The notes under the pieces are model-generated. The model worked only from the letters and a program-made list of their open reading frames with translations, had not been told where the DNA came from and searched no databases. The position numbers were made by a program, and so were the translations under genes. Positions 52,392 through 63,095 of a stretch of 64,000 bases of DNA are shown here, piece after piece. The stretch's first letter is position 1. Every line of letters begins with the position of its first letter. The stretch covers positions 8,378,655 to 8,442,654 of the forward strand of contig NC_134033.1 of NCBI RefSeq assembly GCF_964204645.1. Direction: 5' to 3'. Source of the stretch: Tubulanus polymorphus (Eukaryota > Animalia > Nemertea).

Positions 52392-53777
52392 ATGGTAGAT
52401 AGTTTTCCAAAAGCTTTCCAATATAATAAATCAATTAAATATAATATTCCAGCAATAGATTTTAATAAAGATATTACATATAGAAATGAAGTTTTAGATT
52501 CATTAACTAATTTAGAAATTTATGTTACTGAAACTAATAATTTTAATGCAAAGATGGAAAATATATTTCATGTATATTTAATTAATTTTAAAAAATTGAA
52601 AGATGAAAAACAATGGTTATTAAAATCTAATATGAAGTATTGGCAGAACCAATTAAATTTTGCTGTTTATTGTGCAACAACAGGATGTGGAATTAGTTGG
52701 AATGATCATTTGAATAATTCTGAATATAAATTAATTCAAAGTTTATTTAGATTTCATACATACTTTCAAATCAGAATAATATTAAATGAATTAGAGTGCG
52801 CTTTACCAGGATCTAGGTATTTTAAAGAATTAGATAATAATATTGATTTATCAAAGTTTTATAAAATTTGTAATGAATTTAATATAGATATAAATAATTC
52901 TGATTTTAGAACAAAAATTGGAACAATAAGATCACTTCCTTGCCCTAAAAAGATTGCAGAATATTGTGCACTTCCCATACCATCTAATAGTTTGTATAAT
53001 ATCTATAGTAATAAATTAGGTTATGGTAAAATACAAACTAAGGATTTAGAATCATTAAATTTCAATAAATTACCGACATTTTATGATAATTTAAAACAAG
53101 AAAACAATAATGGTTGGGTTTATTTCATTTTAGAAAATAATGAAGGTTTTACAAAATCAGGTATACAAAGAATAAATCAATCTATTAGAACTTATTTGAT
53201 ATGTATTTTAGGTGCGCAAGTTGAAACAAGATCCCCAATAATTGGAAATTTAAATACATCATTTGATACACAAAAATTCAAAGTATTATTTGAAGATTCT
53301 ATTCATAATGATAAAAATAGATCGATTCCAGAAAACATTGTAAGATATCAAAATCATTTAGATAAATCTCATGTAAGACTAAATTATTGTATGGGCCCTA
53401 ATCTATTAATTATTTCTAATGATTTAGTACTAAAGATGGGAAACATAATTGGTTACAATAATCTAATTAAAACTGCAACAATAAATAATTCATTTGGATT
53501 AAATGATATAAATAAAAAGATTATTACCGCTCCAAAATTAATGGAAGGTGAAAAAAATAAAAAACACATGCAATCAACAGAAACTAAAACTAAAAATATT
53601 AAATTGCATAATGATTCTAAAATAAAAGATTACAATACATCAGAAAATATAAAAACTGATAATATTCAACATGATATAATTAAAACTAATAATGATAATA
53701 AATTCCATGAAAATACTAAATTAGCTTTAACTTGTACAGGAATTGTTATAGGAGGAATATTATATTTTAAATTTTAA
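52392..53777 (+). CDS. Element B conserved Polinton protein with C-terminal membrane anchor
   Basis: Intact 461 aa: WQNQLNFAVYCATTGCGIS, FRFHTYFQ.R.IL..L...LP, RINQSIRTY..CILGAQ. Confidence 0.8.
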   Translation: MVDSFPKAFQYNKSIKYNIPAIDFNKDITYRNEVLDSLTNLEIYVTETNNFNAKMENIFHVYLINFKKLKDEKQWLLKSNMKYWQNQLNFAVYCATTGCGISWNDHLNNSEYKLIQSLFRFHTYFQIRIILNELECALPGSRYFKELDNNIDLSKFYKICNEFNIDINNSDFRTKIGTIRSLPCPKKIAEYCALPIPSNSLYNIYSNKLGYGKIQTKDLESLNFNKLPTFYDNLKQENNNGWVYFILENNEGFTKSGIQRINQSIRTYLICILGAQVETRSPIIGNLNTSFDTQKFKVLFEDSIHNDKNRSIPENIVRYQNHLDKSHVRLNYCMGPNLLIISNDLVLKMGNIIGYNNLIKTATINNSFGLNDINKKIITAPKLMEGEKNKKHMQSTETKTKNIKLHNDSKIKDYNTSENIKTDNIQHDIIKTNNDNKFHENTKLALTCTGIVIGGILYFKF

Positions 53778-53793
53778 TTTTTTTATTATATAA

Positions 53794-55223
53794 ATGGATG
53801 TAGAAGGTGGAGAAGATATTGGAATGGACCCTTTAGATGAACCTGGTATAACTGATGAACAACAACCTGATTTTAGTGAAACAAGTTTTAATGTCGGTAA
53901 TGAGTCAGGATATAATAATAATTTGAATATGCCTGATTATATTGAAAATGCAGAATCACAATTAAATCCTGAAAATTTAGACCCAGATTTAGTAAAACAA
54001 GATTTAGATAATTTAAACAAAATACCTAAATTAGAAGATTTAATTGAAAAATCTAAACTTAACATAAATGATGAAGACGTTGGACTTTTAGCAGATCAAT
54101 TAAAATTTTTAGATAATGGTAAATGTTATTATCGTTTGAAAGGTGATTATTATATTGATATCACTTATAAAAATAATGAAAATAAAATATTATCAGAATC
54201 AACTTTAGAAAAATTAAAACCAGATAGAATTAAAAGAATAAGTAATAGTAATGAAATAACTGATGTTACACAAAATGAAAGAGATGATAATATAGACGTA
54301 TTTAAACAAAAAATTAATGAATTATTTGAAATAATCAAAAAGAAATCAGAGACAGAAACAACTTCTGAACAGAATATAACTTCCAAAACTAGTAAACTTA
54401 AATCAAATAAAGTTTCAATTGAAAAACTTTTACCGAATGGATTAATTGATGCAACAGATCAAGAATTAGAAGATTTAGATATATTTTCTGATAAAGCAAT
54501 TAGAGAGATTATTAGTATAAGAAATGAAGCTGATAAAATTGCGCATGATAAAAGTATAAGAGATTTAAAAATTAGAACTTTAGAAAAAGAATTAACTGAT
54601 AAAAATAAAAAAATAGAACAATCAAAATTAGATAGAGATAATAAAGTTATTGAAGAAATCGAATTTAAAAAAAGAAATGCGTGTTTAGAAAAAGAAAAGA
54701 TGATTTAGAATATAACATAGAATTACAAAAAGAAGAAATTAAATTATTATTAAAATCATATGATTATAATATTAATAGATTAAAAGTTATTTTTAAAGAT
54801 TTATTGATAAAACCAAATTCTGAAATATCATTGAAAGATAGAATAAAGTTATTATTTAAATTAGAAGGAATAACAATTCTTTCAATTCTAACAGCTGTAA
54901 CTATGTTATTTACAACAATTGGTTTAGCTATATCAAATTCATTAAAATCTACTCCTACTCCAAATAAACCAGATAAACGCCAAGATAATAATTCTATACA
55001 AGATAAAGTTAAGGATGGTTTAAAGAAATTAGCAAAATATTTATGGGAACTATCTAAAAAATCTGCCGCAGCTTTACCAGGAATTATTGCATCAATTGTT
55101 GGTTTTATATTGAAATCTGCTGGGAATATTCTTAACTTTGCTGCTGAACATATTATTTTATTTTTAATAACAGTTGTAAGTGCTATTATTTTTGGGTTAG
55201 TGAATATGATTGAAAATAAATAA
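53794..55223 (+). pseudogene. Element B coiled-coil / hydrophobic C-terminus protein, one frameshift
   Basis: ORFs 53794-54708 and 54681-55223 overlap at an A-rich frameshift. Confidence 0.72.
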
Positions 55224-55243
55224 TTAATTTTTTTGTTAAATAA

Positions 55244-56465
55244 ATGAGTGGGAGTTATATAAGTCCTTCTAAGATTTCTAGAATATCTAATGCTATTAAA
55301 GCAGAAAGATCACATCATATAATTACTCATAATCCTTCAAATATTAATCCCGATGAAACTTTATATGATAGAATTCCTAGATTGACACAAAATACTTTTT
55401 ATGTTCCAAATAGTATTTATTTATCAGCTGATATAAAAGTAATTGGTCATGATAATAATTATGTTGTTGATAATGTTGGGAGATATTTGATTAAAAAATT
55501 AACTCTAAAGATTGGTCCAGAAACAGTTTTCTCATTAGATGATTATAATTTATTTATGCATTATAAAGATTTATGGTTAACTAAAGAAAATAGAAATAAT
55601 ATGATATCTCAGGGTATTCAATCGGAAAACCATAATAAATTAAGATCAGGAGCTAATGACGCAATAGTAACTCGTGCCACAGGTAATTTGATTAAAAAGA
55701 TTTATGGAAGCAAATATAAAATTCCATTAGACTTTATATAAATATGTAATTCAAGAAGATATTATATTTGAGATAACATTTGCTCCTGTAAATGAAATTG
55801 TATTATCTAGCGTTGTTAAAGATATGGGTTATAAATTATCAAATATATGTTTAGAATATGACACAGTAACTAATGAAAATATTGCTAGCACAATTCAAAC
55901 TCGATACAATCAAGGATTTTCATTATTATATGATTATATTGATAAATTTAAAACTGTAACTATTAATGCAAATGATGAAATAATTAATGAGAATATTAAC
56001 TTCCCAAGAAGATCTATTAAAGGTATATTAATATTTTTTACCATTGCAACATATTCTAATGGCGCAATAACGGTTGATAATTATTATAATCCTGAAATAA
56101 CAAAAGTAGAAATAACTATCGAAGGAATAGCAAATAAAATATTTTGTCAAGGAATGAGAATGATAGATCAGTGGCCAGAAATTAGAGAACATTTTATGAA
56201 TGAAAAAGTAAAATCATTTGAAAATTGTAATATTAATCAAATTGATTATTATACCGGCAATAAATATGCATTATGGTTAGATTTTAGAACAACAGAGGAT
56301 AATTCATAACATGGTTCTGGAAAAAAACTACAGAACACAAAAGATGGAATACAATTATTCATGACAAAGAATAAAGGAATCAAAAATTTCAAAATGCACA
56401 TTTATATTATATCTGACGCGCAATTAAATATTGTAAATTCACAATTAGATAGTATTCAATATTAG
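55244..56465 (+). pseudogene. Element B major capsid protein
   Basis: Same MCP motifs as A. A deletion near 55738 removes ELINNNAP; stop at 56307-56309. Confidence 0.8.
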
Positions 56466-56495
56466 AAATATAAAGTTAAAATCAACGATATATAA

Positions 56496-57623
56496 ATGGG
56501 TGGTAAAAAAACTCCTAATACTAAAGAACAATATTTAAGAAATTTATATTGCAACCCTGAGAGTTCGGTTGCTTATTCTTCTACTAAAAATATATGGCGT
56601 CAAGTAAAACAAGATAAATTAGATAAGATAATCACACAAAATTTAGTTAAATATAAAGATATAAATGAATTTATGTTAGAACAACCAACATACACAACAC
56701 ATAAAAAAATTTTTAGAAAATATAAAACTCGTAAAACTATGGTAAGTTATGGAGATCAACAGTGGCAAGGAGATTTAATTGATATGAAAAATGTTAAGAA
56801 AGATAATGATGATTATTGGTGGTTATTGAATATAATTGATATTTTTAGTCGTTATGTATGGAGTTTCCCACTTTATATAAAAGATGCTGTACAAACATCA
56901 AATGTTTTAAGAAAATTTCTTTCGGATGATAAACTAAAACCAGAAAAAATACAATTTGATGATGGAAAAGAATTTGATAATTCACTTGTCCATGAACTCT
57001 TAGATAATCATAATATTAAATATTTTTCAACAAAATCGGATAAAAAAGCAGCAGTTATTGAACGATTTAATAGAACATTAAGAACAAGAATGTGGAAATA
57101 TTTTACAGCAAATAATACTTTTAAATGGATTGATGTTTTACCGAAATTGATAGAAGGATATAATAATTCTTATCATTCTTCTATTGGAATGAAACCTATT
57201 GATGCTAGAAAACCTGAAAATGCTGAAATTGTTTGGAATAATTTATATGGAGCATTTCTTGTAGATGATTTTGGTGAACCTAAATTTAAAGTTGGTCAAA
57301 ATGTTAGAATTTCTAAGTATAAAAAGATATTTGACAAGGGATACGATCGAAATTTTACTAGAGAAATATATAAAATAAAAAAGGTTATAACAACAAAACC
57401 ATATGTCTATAAATTAGAAGATTTAGATGGTGAAGAAGTTGATGGCTACTTCTACGAAGAAGAATTAAGTTTAACTACAGAAAATCTAGAACAAGAATAT
57501 AAAATTGAAAAAGTATTAAAAACAAAAACTATTAAAAGAAAAAAATATTCTTTAGTAAAATGGGTTGGATGGCCGGATAAATTCAATGAATGGATATTAT
57601 CAAGTAAAATTAAAAATATATAA
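56496..57623 (+). CDS. Element B rve integrase with chromodomain, intact
   Basis: 375 aa; DDE triad (GDL, DDGKEF, ERFNRT) and chromodomain YKIEKVL...YSLVKWVGW...NEW. Confidence 0.93.
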   Translation: MGGKKTPNTKEQYLRNLYCNPESSVAYSSTKNIWRQVKQDKLDKIITQNLVKYKDINEFMLEQPTYTTHKKIFRKYKTRKTMVSYGDQQWQGDLIDMKNVKKDNDDYWWLLNIIDIFSRYVWSFPLYIKDAVQTSNVLRKFLSDDKLKPEKIQFDDGKEFDNSLVHELLDNHNIKYFSTKSDKKAAVIERFNRTLRTRMWKYFTANNTFKWIDVLPKLIEGYNNSYHSSIGMKPIDARKPENAEIVWNNLYGAFLVDDFGEPKFKVGQNVRISKYKKIFDKGYDRNFTREIYKIKKVITTKPYVYKLEDLDGEEVDGYFYEEELSLTTENLEQEYKIEKVLKTKTIKRKKYSLVKWVGWPDKFNEWILSSKIKNI

Positions 57624-58230
57624 ATGAATAAGGAATTATTCATATTTGAGCCTCATAGTATGTTAATTTCTGGTGTAACAAATTGTGGAAACTTATTTTA
57701 TATTAAATTTATTAGAAACTGTTTATAAAAACTATTTTGATAATATAGTATTATTTTGTCCAACGTATGAATTTAATCAAACTTATGATAGAAATATTAC
57801 TAGAAATAATAAATTTATTATATTAGATCCTAAAACAGTTAAAGAAAATTTAGATAATTGTATTAAAATAGCAATTGATATTTATAAAGGATCAAATACA
57901 TTATTCATTATAGATGATTGTGCTAATATACATGATTCAAAAGTTAGAGAGAGTGAGTTATGCTACTTAGCTTTTTCTGGCAGACATTTTGGGATAACAA
58001 CTTTGGTTTTAAATCAAAAATATAATTCAATTGTTAAAGACTTTAGAGAAAACATTAGATTTCTAGTTTTATTCTACAATAAAGATAGAAAATCGATGAA
58101 AAATGCACTTGAGGAAAATGATATTATTCCACATGATTTACATAATGAATATATGGATAAGTTGAAAAATATTAAAAGATCAAAATTACTATTTAGATTA
58201 CAACACCCATTTAAATATGAATTTATTTAA
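57624..58230 (+). pseudogene. Element B packaging ATPase, 1-nt deletion in Walker A
   Basis: tgtggaaacttat vs A tgtggaaaaacttat shows a shorter A run. The rest is colinear with A 22006-22614. Confidence 0.85.
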
Positions 58231-58590
58231 ATTCAACTGGCTTGTTAATCTAGTTGAATTCTAGTTATTGGTAGTTGTAACAAAAATCAACTAGATTTAA
58301 CAATATTTTAACTAGCTTGTTAATCTAGTTGAATTCTAGTTACATTCTAGTTGAATTCTAGTTGTTAGTAGTTGGAACAAAAATCAACTAGATTTAACAA
58401 TATTTTAACTAGCTTGTTAATCTAGTTTAATTCTAGTTACATTCTAGTTGAATTCTAGTTGTTAGTAGTTGGAACAAAAATCAACTAGATTTAACAAGAA
58501 ATAAACACAAACAACAATATTTCAACTAGCTTGTTAATCTAGTTGAATTCTAGTTACATTCTAGTTGAATTCTAGTTGCAACATCACAAC
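58230..58590. repeat. Element B CTAG-rich tandem array
   Basis: About 87-bp units (starts near 58310, 58397, 58524) built from ttctagttgaa/ttctagttaca 11-mers. Confidence 0.88.
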
Positions 58591-58609
58591 TAATTTTTTT
58601 GTTATATAA

Positions 58610-59215
58610 ATGGTAGGTGAAAAGAAAATAAAATCTAAAAATGGTGATGTTCCAATTGAAAAAACTTTAGATGATTTAGGAATAACAGAAACAAAATAAA
58701 CTCCAGATGATGGTGTTATAAATAATGTTACAACAAATAATAATTATGAATATTATCTTTATTGTAAACATCAATTAGAAATATTAATAGCATCTGGAAA
58801 ATGTAAAAATTTTGTCGGTAAAAATTTAATTTATAATGAATTAGATACAATGAAATCAGATGAAATTATTAGATTATTTAAGATTTATGAAGCCGCGAGA
58901 ACAGCTAGAATTAATGATGCGATATCAGAAAATGTAGTAAAAGGTTATAGTAAATTATGTAATTATATACTACCAATTGAAGATGAAAATAGATTATATT
59001 CCGATTTAAAAAATGATTATTTAGTTATGACTGAATTAAATAAATGGATTGGATATTTATCATTTCAATTAGGTGGATTTATGACATTATTATCAACTGG
59101 AGTTATAACATTATCAAATATTGAAAGTAAAAATATTTCTATAATAAATGAACAAGGCGGAAGAAGTGAAGGAATTAACTGTGAACAAAAAACCGAGATC
59201 ACAGAAACAAATTGA
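58610..59215 (+). pseudogene. Element B conserved hypothetical protein with an early stop
   Basis: Homolog of A 21110-21700; TTA>TAA near 58697. Confidence 0.72.
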
Positions 59216-59513
59216 ATGGTCTCGGCAATTAGGAATTAAATCACAAGAATATAAAAAAGCTGTAAAAGAAAAGATAAGTGATAAAAATGTTAATAGAAAT
59301 AGTGAAAATATTGTTATTTCTACTCCTTCTTATGATAGAATATTTGATAAATGTCTATATTTTACAGTTGGATTTGTAATTGTATTCATTTTGATTGGGT
59401 GTAATTGGTATAAGAAATCAAATAAAATTCATGATATTAATAATTCTGAAACAACTGCTATCAAAAATGAAAATAATTCTGAAATTCCAAAATTGACGAT
59501 AAAAATGGATTAA
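59148..59513 (+). CDS. Element B single-TM protein
   Basis: Intact 121 aa, TAAATG start, LYFTVGFVIVFILIG segment. Confidence 0.7.
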   Translation: MNKAEEVKELTVNKKPRSQKQIEWSRQLGIKSQEYKKAVKEKISDKNVNRNSENIVISTPSYDRIFDKCLYFTVGFVIVFILIGCNWYKKSNKIHDINNSETTAIKNENNSEIPKLTIKMD

Positions 59514-59664
59514 TATTTTAGAAAAAAAGCAAAATAAAATATTTTTTTTTAATTAATTGAATATCTCACTACTTTTGTCTATCTATGCGGAGCAATTAAA
59601 TTGTCCAGATAAGTCATTTCGGATTCTAGATATTCATTATTTTTATTAATTTATTTTTTTAAAT

Positions 59665-59990
59665 TTAATCAACAATTTCTAAATCATGATGGCCATCTTC
59701 ATTTTTTCCATGATAGATTATTTTAAATCCTTCTAAATCTTTTAATTCCTCTGTACTCAATGAAGCCCATTTATCAGGTAAAAATACTTTGAATTCTCGC
59801 GATGTACTAACATTACAGTAGCTTAAATTAGCTGATACTTTCTCTCCATATTTAGTTTTTATCTTTTCTAATTTCAATATTTTATGTTAAATTTCTTTTG
59901 TAACATCAACTAACTTTTTTATTTCAAATTGTTTTTTGCTGGTTTAATTCTGTTATTTATTGTTGCTAAGAATGCTTTTCTATCTCCCAT
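59665..59990 (-). CDS. Element B small terminal protein (KTKYG..VFLP), split by a -1 frameshift
   Basis: Same organisation as A 19427-19752, including the A AAA AAC site. Confidence 0.55.
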
Positions 59991-60249
59991 TTATAAGGAA
60001 AACAAATTACTTGTGGTGATGAGTGGGGATTACTTCCCCCCTGTATATAACGAACACACTATTAACCGTTCTCATCCAGTTCTCAGTAGAGACTCACCGT
60101 ATCGATCTATCCACGCGCAGATGTTGTTACGCGCACTCACTGTATACGTGTATCACAGAGCAATCGTCCGTTCTCACTAGAGCCTAGCTGTGATGAGTGG
60201 TGTCTAGTACTCTAGTACTCTGGTATGAAAACGCCATCTTCTAATTACT

Positions 60250-61460
60250 CATTTCCATCATCATAATATTCTGTTAAATATAAAGCTTCCAATGTATAAT
60301 CTTTAATATTTTCACCTTTTGTCTTTGGTAATTGCATTAATTCGAATACATTTATTTTTAAATTATTAACTTTTTCTATTTTAGGAATCATTTTTATAGT
60401 TACTGGATATTGATCAATTTTATATAATGTTTCATATTTCCGGTAATATGTTATTCTAAAACTATGTGTAATATCTTCTGTTGGATGTAAGCAACTAATA
60501 ATTGCCCACAGAAAACATTTATTATCTTCATTTTGAAGATTTATTACTGCTTTTGTTGTAAATGGTAATTTAATATAAGATGATGCTTTAATATCCTTTT
60601 CTGTTGTAAAATTTGAATCATTTTTAAACATTTCATTACTTTTTGATGTTTTATTTCTTTATGTATTAAAAACATTGAAATCTAAATATATAATTTCATT
60701 CAATGTTAAGCCAGAACCCTCAAAATATCTTTCTTCAATATGACGTTTAATTTCATTAAATATTTTTTCTAATTTCTCTTTTATTTGTGTTTTTGAAATT
60801 ATTTCTTCAGAGTGTATTTGAATATTATAATCCATTTTTTCTTCTGACTTTATAAAACTTACTTTCCCAGAGATACTAATTTTTGGATATTCAACATCTG
60901 TTATCAAATCTAGTATTTTTTCTATTATTTCATTAAATTTACTATAATCTTCTATTGTTGTTCCTTTAAAAAATCTTAATATAATAGCCGCAGTACCAAT
61001 TTTACTATGTAATGTTTCTAAAATTTCAATTGTATCTTTTATTTCTAGTGAATCAATATAATTTCTAACATTTTCCATGTAAGGTTTATTTGAAATGGAT
61101 TTAGTTTTTGAAGTTGTTTTTTTTTACTTTTTGAGGTTTATCATCGAAATAATCTTTTCCTAAAACATTATTACTCAAATTTTGGTGGTGTATTTGTGAT
61201 TCGAGATGTCTATTATAATTCCTTTTTACTATAAATTCATTACAAACTTCACATTTTATTTCATCCACATTCATATCATCTAATCGTTCTTTTCTTTCAT
61301 TGGAATTTTCTGGAGTTTCAAAATCTATAACATTTTTTATATGATTTGAAGATTTTTCATGTTTAGATTTATTAGATTTATCGATGTATTTTTTACAATA
61401 TGGACAATAATATTGATTTTTATTAACATTATTGTTTTCTGGCTGGTGTTCATTCTCCAT
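60250..61460 (-). pseudogene. Element A pPolB, 5' part (N-terminal zinc fingers)
   Basis: MENEHQPE...CPYC, CEVC, N.DNKCFLW.I...LHP. Colinear with B 43699-44910 and continues at 43613. Confidence 0.9.
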
Positions 61461-61545
61461 TTATAAGGAAAAATAATTACTTGTGGTGATGAGTGGTGTC
61501 TCGTACTCTCGTACTCTGGTATGAAAGCCTACTTTTCCTATTACT

Positions 61546-61757
61546 TACTTGTTTACTCTCCATTTATTATACAAATTTTTATTAAAATTGATTTCAGAAA
61601 TATCAAATTTCATAAATATAATATTCATGAATATACAATTTATAAATATTAGAGTAAGTGTATATATGTTGTTTCAGATTGAAGTTTGAAAGGTTGTGTG
61701 CGTAAAAAATAAAAATAAATTCGAACTTGCGAGAATTTATTTTTATTTTTTATGAGC
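61546..61757. mobile_element. Right-hand remnant of element C
   Basis: Continues the sequence interrupted at 19341 (paralogous to 19180-19230). Ends in aaattcgaacttgcgagaatttatttttatttttatgagc, matching D's terminal hairpin core at 12230-12272. Confidence 0.7.
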
Positions 61758-62718
61758 GTAACGATTCTTCCATTCTTTTATCACACACAGCAAACTCCGG
61801 GGCACACAACCTTCCAGCCAACGCAGAGTAAGCAAACAGGACACAGTCCTACGAGGCACAAAGCCTCTAGTCCACACACAGTAGACTCCGGGGCACACAG
61901 CCCCTCCAGCCCCCACACAGCAGGCAAAAAACACATTAGACCTCCACGCACAGTGGAATACCCCAGACGACAGACTACAAACTGCACAAAGGAAGGACAC
62001 ACAGTTCACATAAGTACACGCTCACAGAACAAAGCCAAGATGTGAACAACCACAACCGTAAAAGTACGTCCGAGAGCGAGGATAACCAAAGCCAAACTGA
62101 CTTCTCACAGATAGAGGTTCACAGATAGAGTTCTGGGGGCTTCCGCCTGTCCGCAGCGCCACGTAGTGAGAATAAGAACGCGAGTGCGTCCCATATGTTG
62201 GAGGAAGTGGTCCACCCGGGCAGCAAGCAGCAAATATAAAAATGTGTAAACATGTAATTTCAATATTCAGATGTTTTAGGAATATGTTCGATATTAGGGG
62301 TATGCAGGTTTCATGAGATTAGCAACTTATAAAAGCATAGCTGTCATATACGGCTCCGCGTCCTCTGATGGCATGTTTACTAGGTGGCAATTCAATTCTT
62401 TATTGATCCTTATTACATATAAAATTTCCAAATTCAATAAAGTAACAAATTTTGAAAATAAGAAAATACAACATACAAGACACATGCGTTATTCATACAG
62501 AATAACATAAACAAGTTATTGTAAATGACATTGTCTACTCAACTCAGACTCAAGAAGATATCGAGTGACAGCCAAACTGGGCGCTGGCTAGGCCACACGA
62601 TATGCTCCAAAGTCATGGACCAAAGTCATCGATGCAATGAAGTGTAAAAGCAGACATCAGAGCTCTTTCCTCAACCATGGAGGCAATGAAGTGTAAAATT
62701 GATTTCAATTTGATTTAT

Positions 62719-62970
62719 TGTAACGGTGCGACTGCGACGTTATTACATTGTAATATAGTATATTTGTATTTGTAATAATAAATGTTGACGATAGGTGGCA
62801 TATCTATCACTCTCTTGAAAAGAGTCCATTGTCCTGGTGAGTTATGTGTGCTTCTATTGTCTCGGTTCAAGACTCTGATTGTCCCCTATATCAGCGGCGA
62901 TTAACCCCGATGTATCCATAAGAATACCCCAAGACGACAATTGTTACACTTGTGGCAGCGAAGTGGGATT
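62719..62970 (+). mobile_element. 5' LTR and PBS of another LTR retrotransposon, interrupted by element E
   Basis: TGTAAC...GTTACA (62719-62948) followed by tgtggcagcgaagtgggat, resembling a tRNA-Leu PBS. Confidence 0.55.
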
Positions 62971-63095
62971 TTATTTCGATTGTCGTGTATTTTATGGTCT
63001 TTTTAATTAAGCGGCCCCACGTTGGGAACCTACTAGTCTGAGCGAAGCACGTTTACCGTTATTGATTAGAAAACCCTTGACAGATTTATAACAGA

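Larger units (their letters stand above)
43614..60249 (+). mobile_element. Element B: full-length Polinton (16,636 bp) inserted antisense into element A pPolB
   Basis: Termini AGTAATTAGAAGATGGCG.../...CGCCATCTTCTAATTACT. TSD CATTTT (43608-43613) / CATTTC (60250-60255). A's pPolB reads YYDD-N|AIDLLY across the insertion. Confidence 0.93.
19342..61545 (-). mobile_element. Element A: Polinton/Maverick (group-2/adintovirus-like), about 16.4 kb once nested inserts are removed
   Basis: TIRs of about 89 bp beginning AGTAATAGGAAAAGTAGGC (19342-19430 and 61457-61545). Perfect 6-bp TSD TACTTG (19336-19341 and 61546-61551). Encodes pPolB, integrase, ATPase, major capsid protein and penton. Confidence 0.93.

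Noticed and set aside
19342-61545. Giant palindrome as an assembly fold-back artefact
   Set aside because: The arms differ by many substitutions, distinct lesions and hypervariable blocks. Each element has its own matched TIR pair and 6-bp TSD.
61743-62045. Overlapping ORFs in a CA-rich stretch
   Set aside because: Low-complexity sequence with an internal duplication (actccggggcacaca) and no protein motifs.
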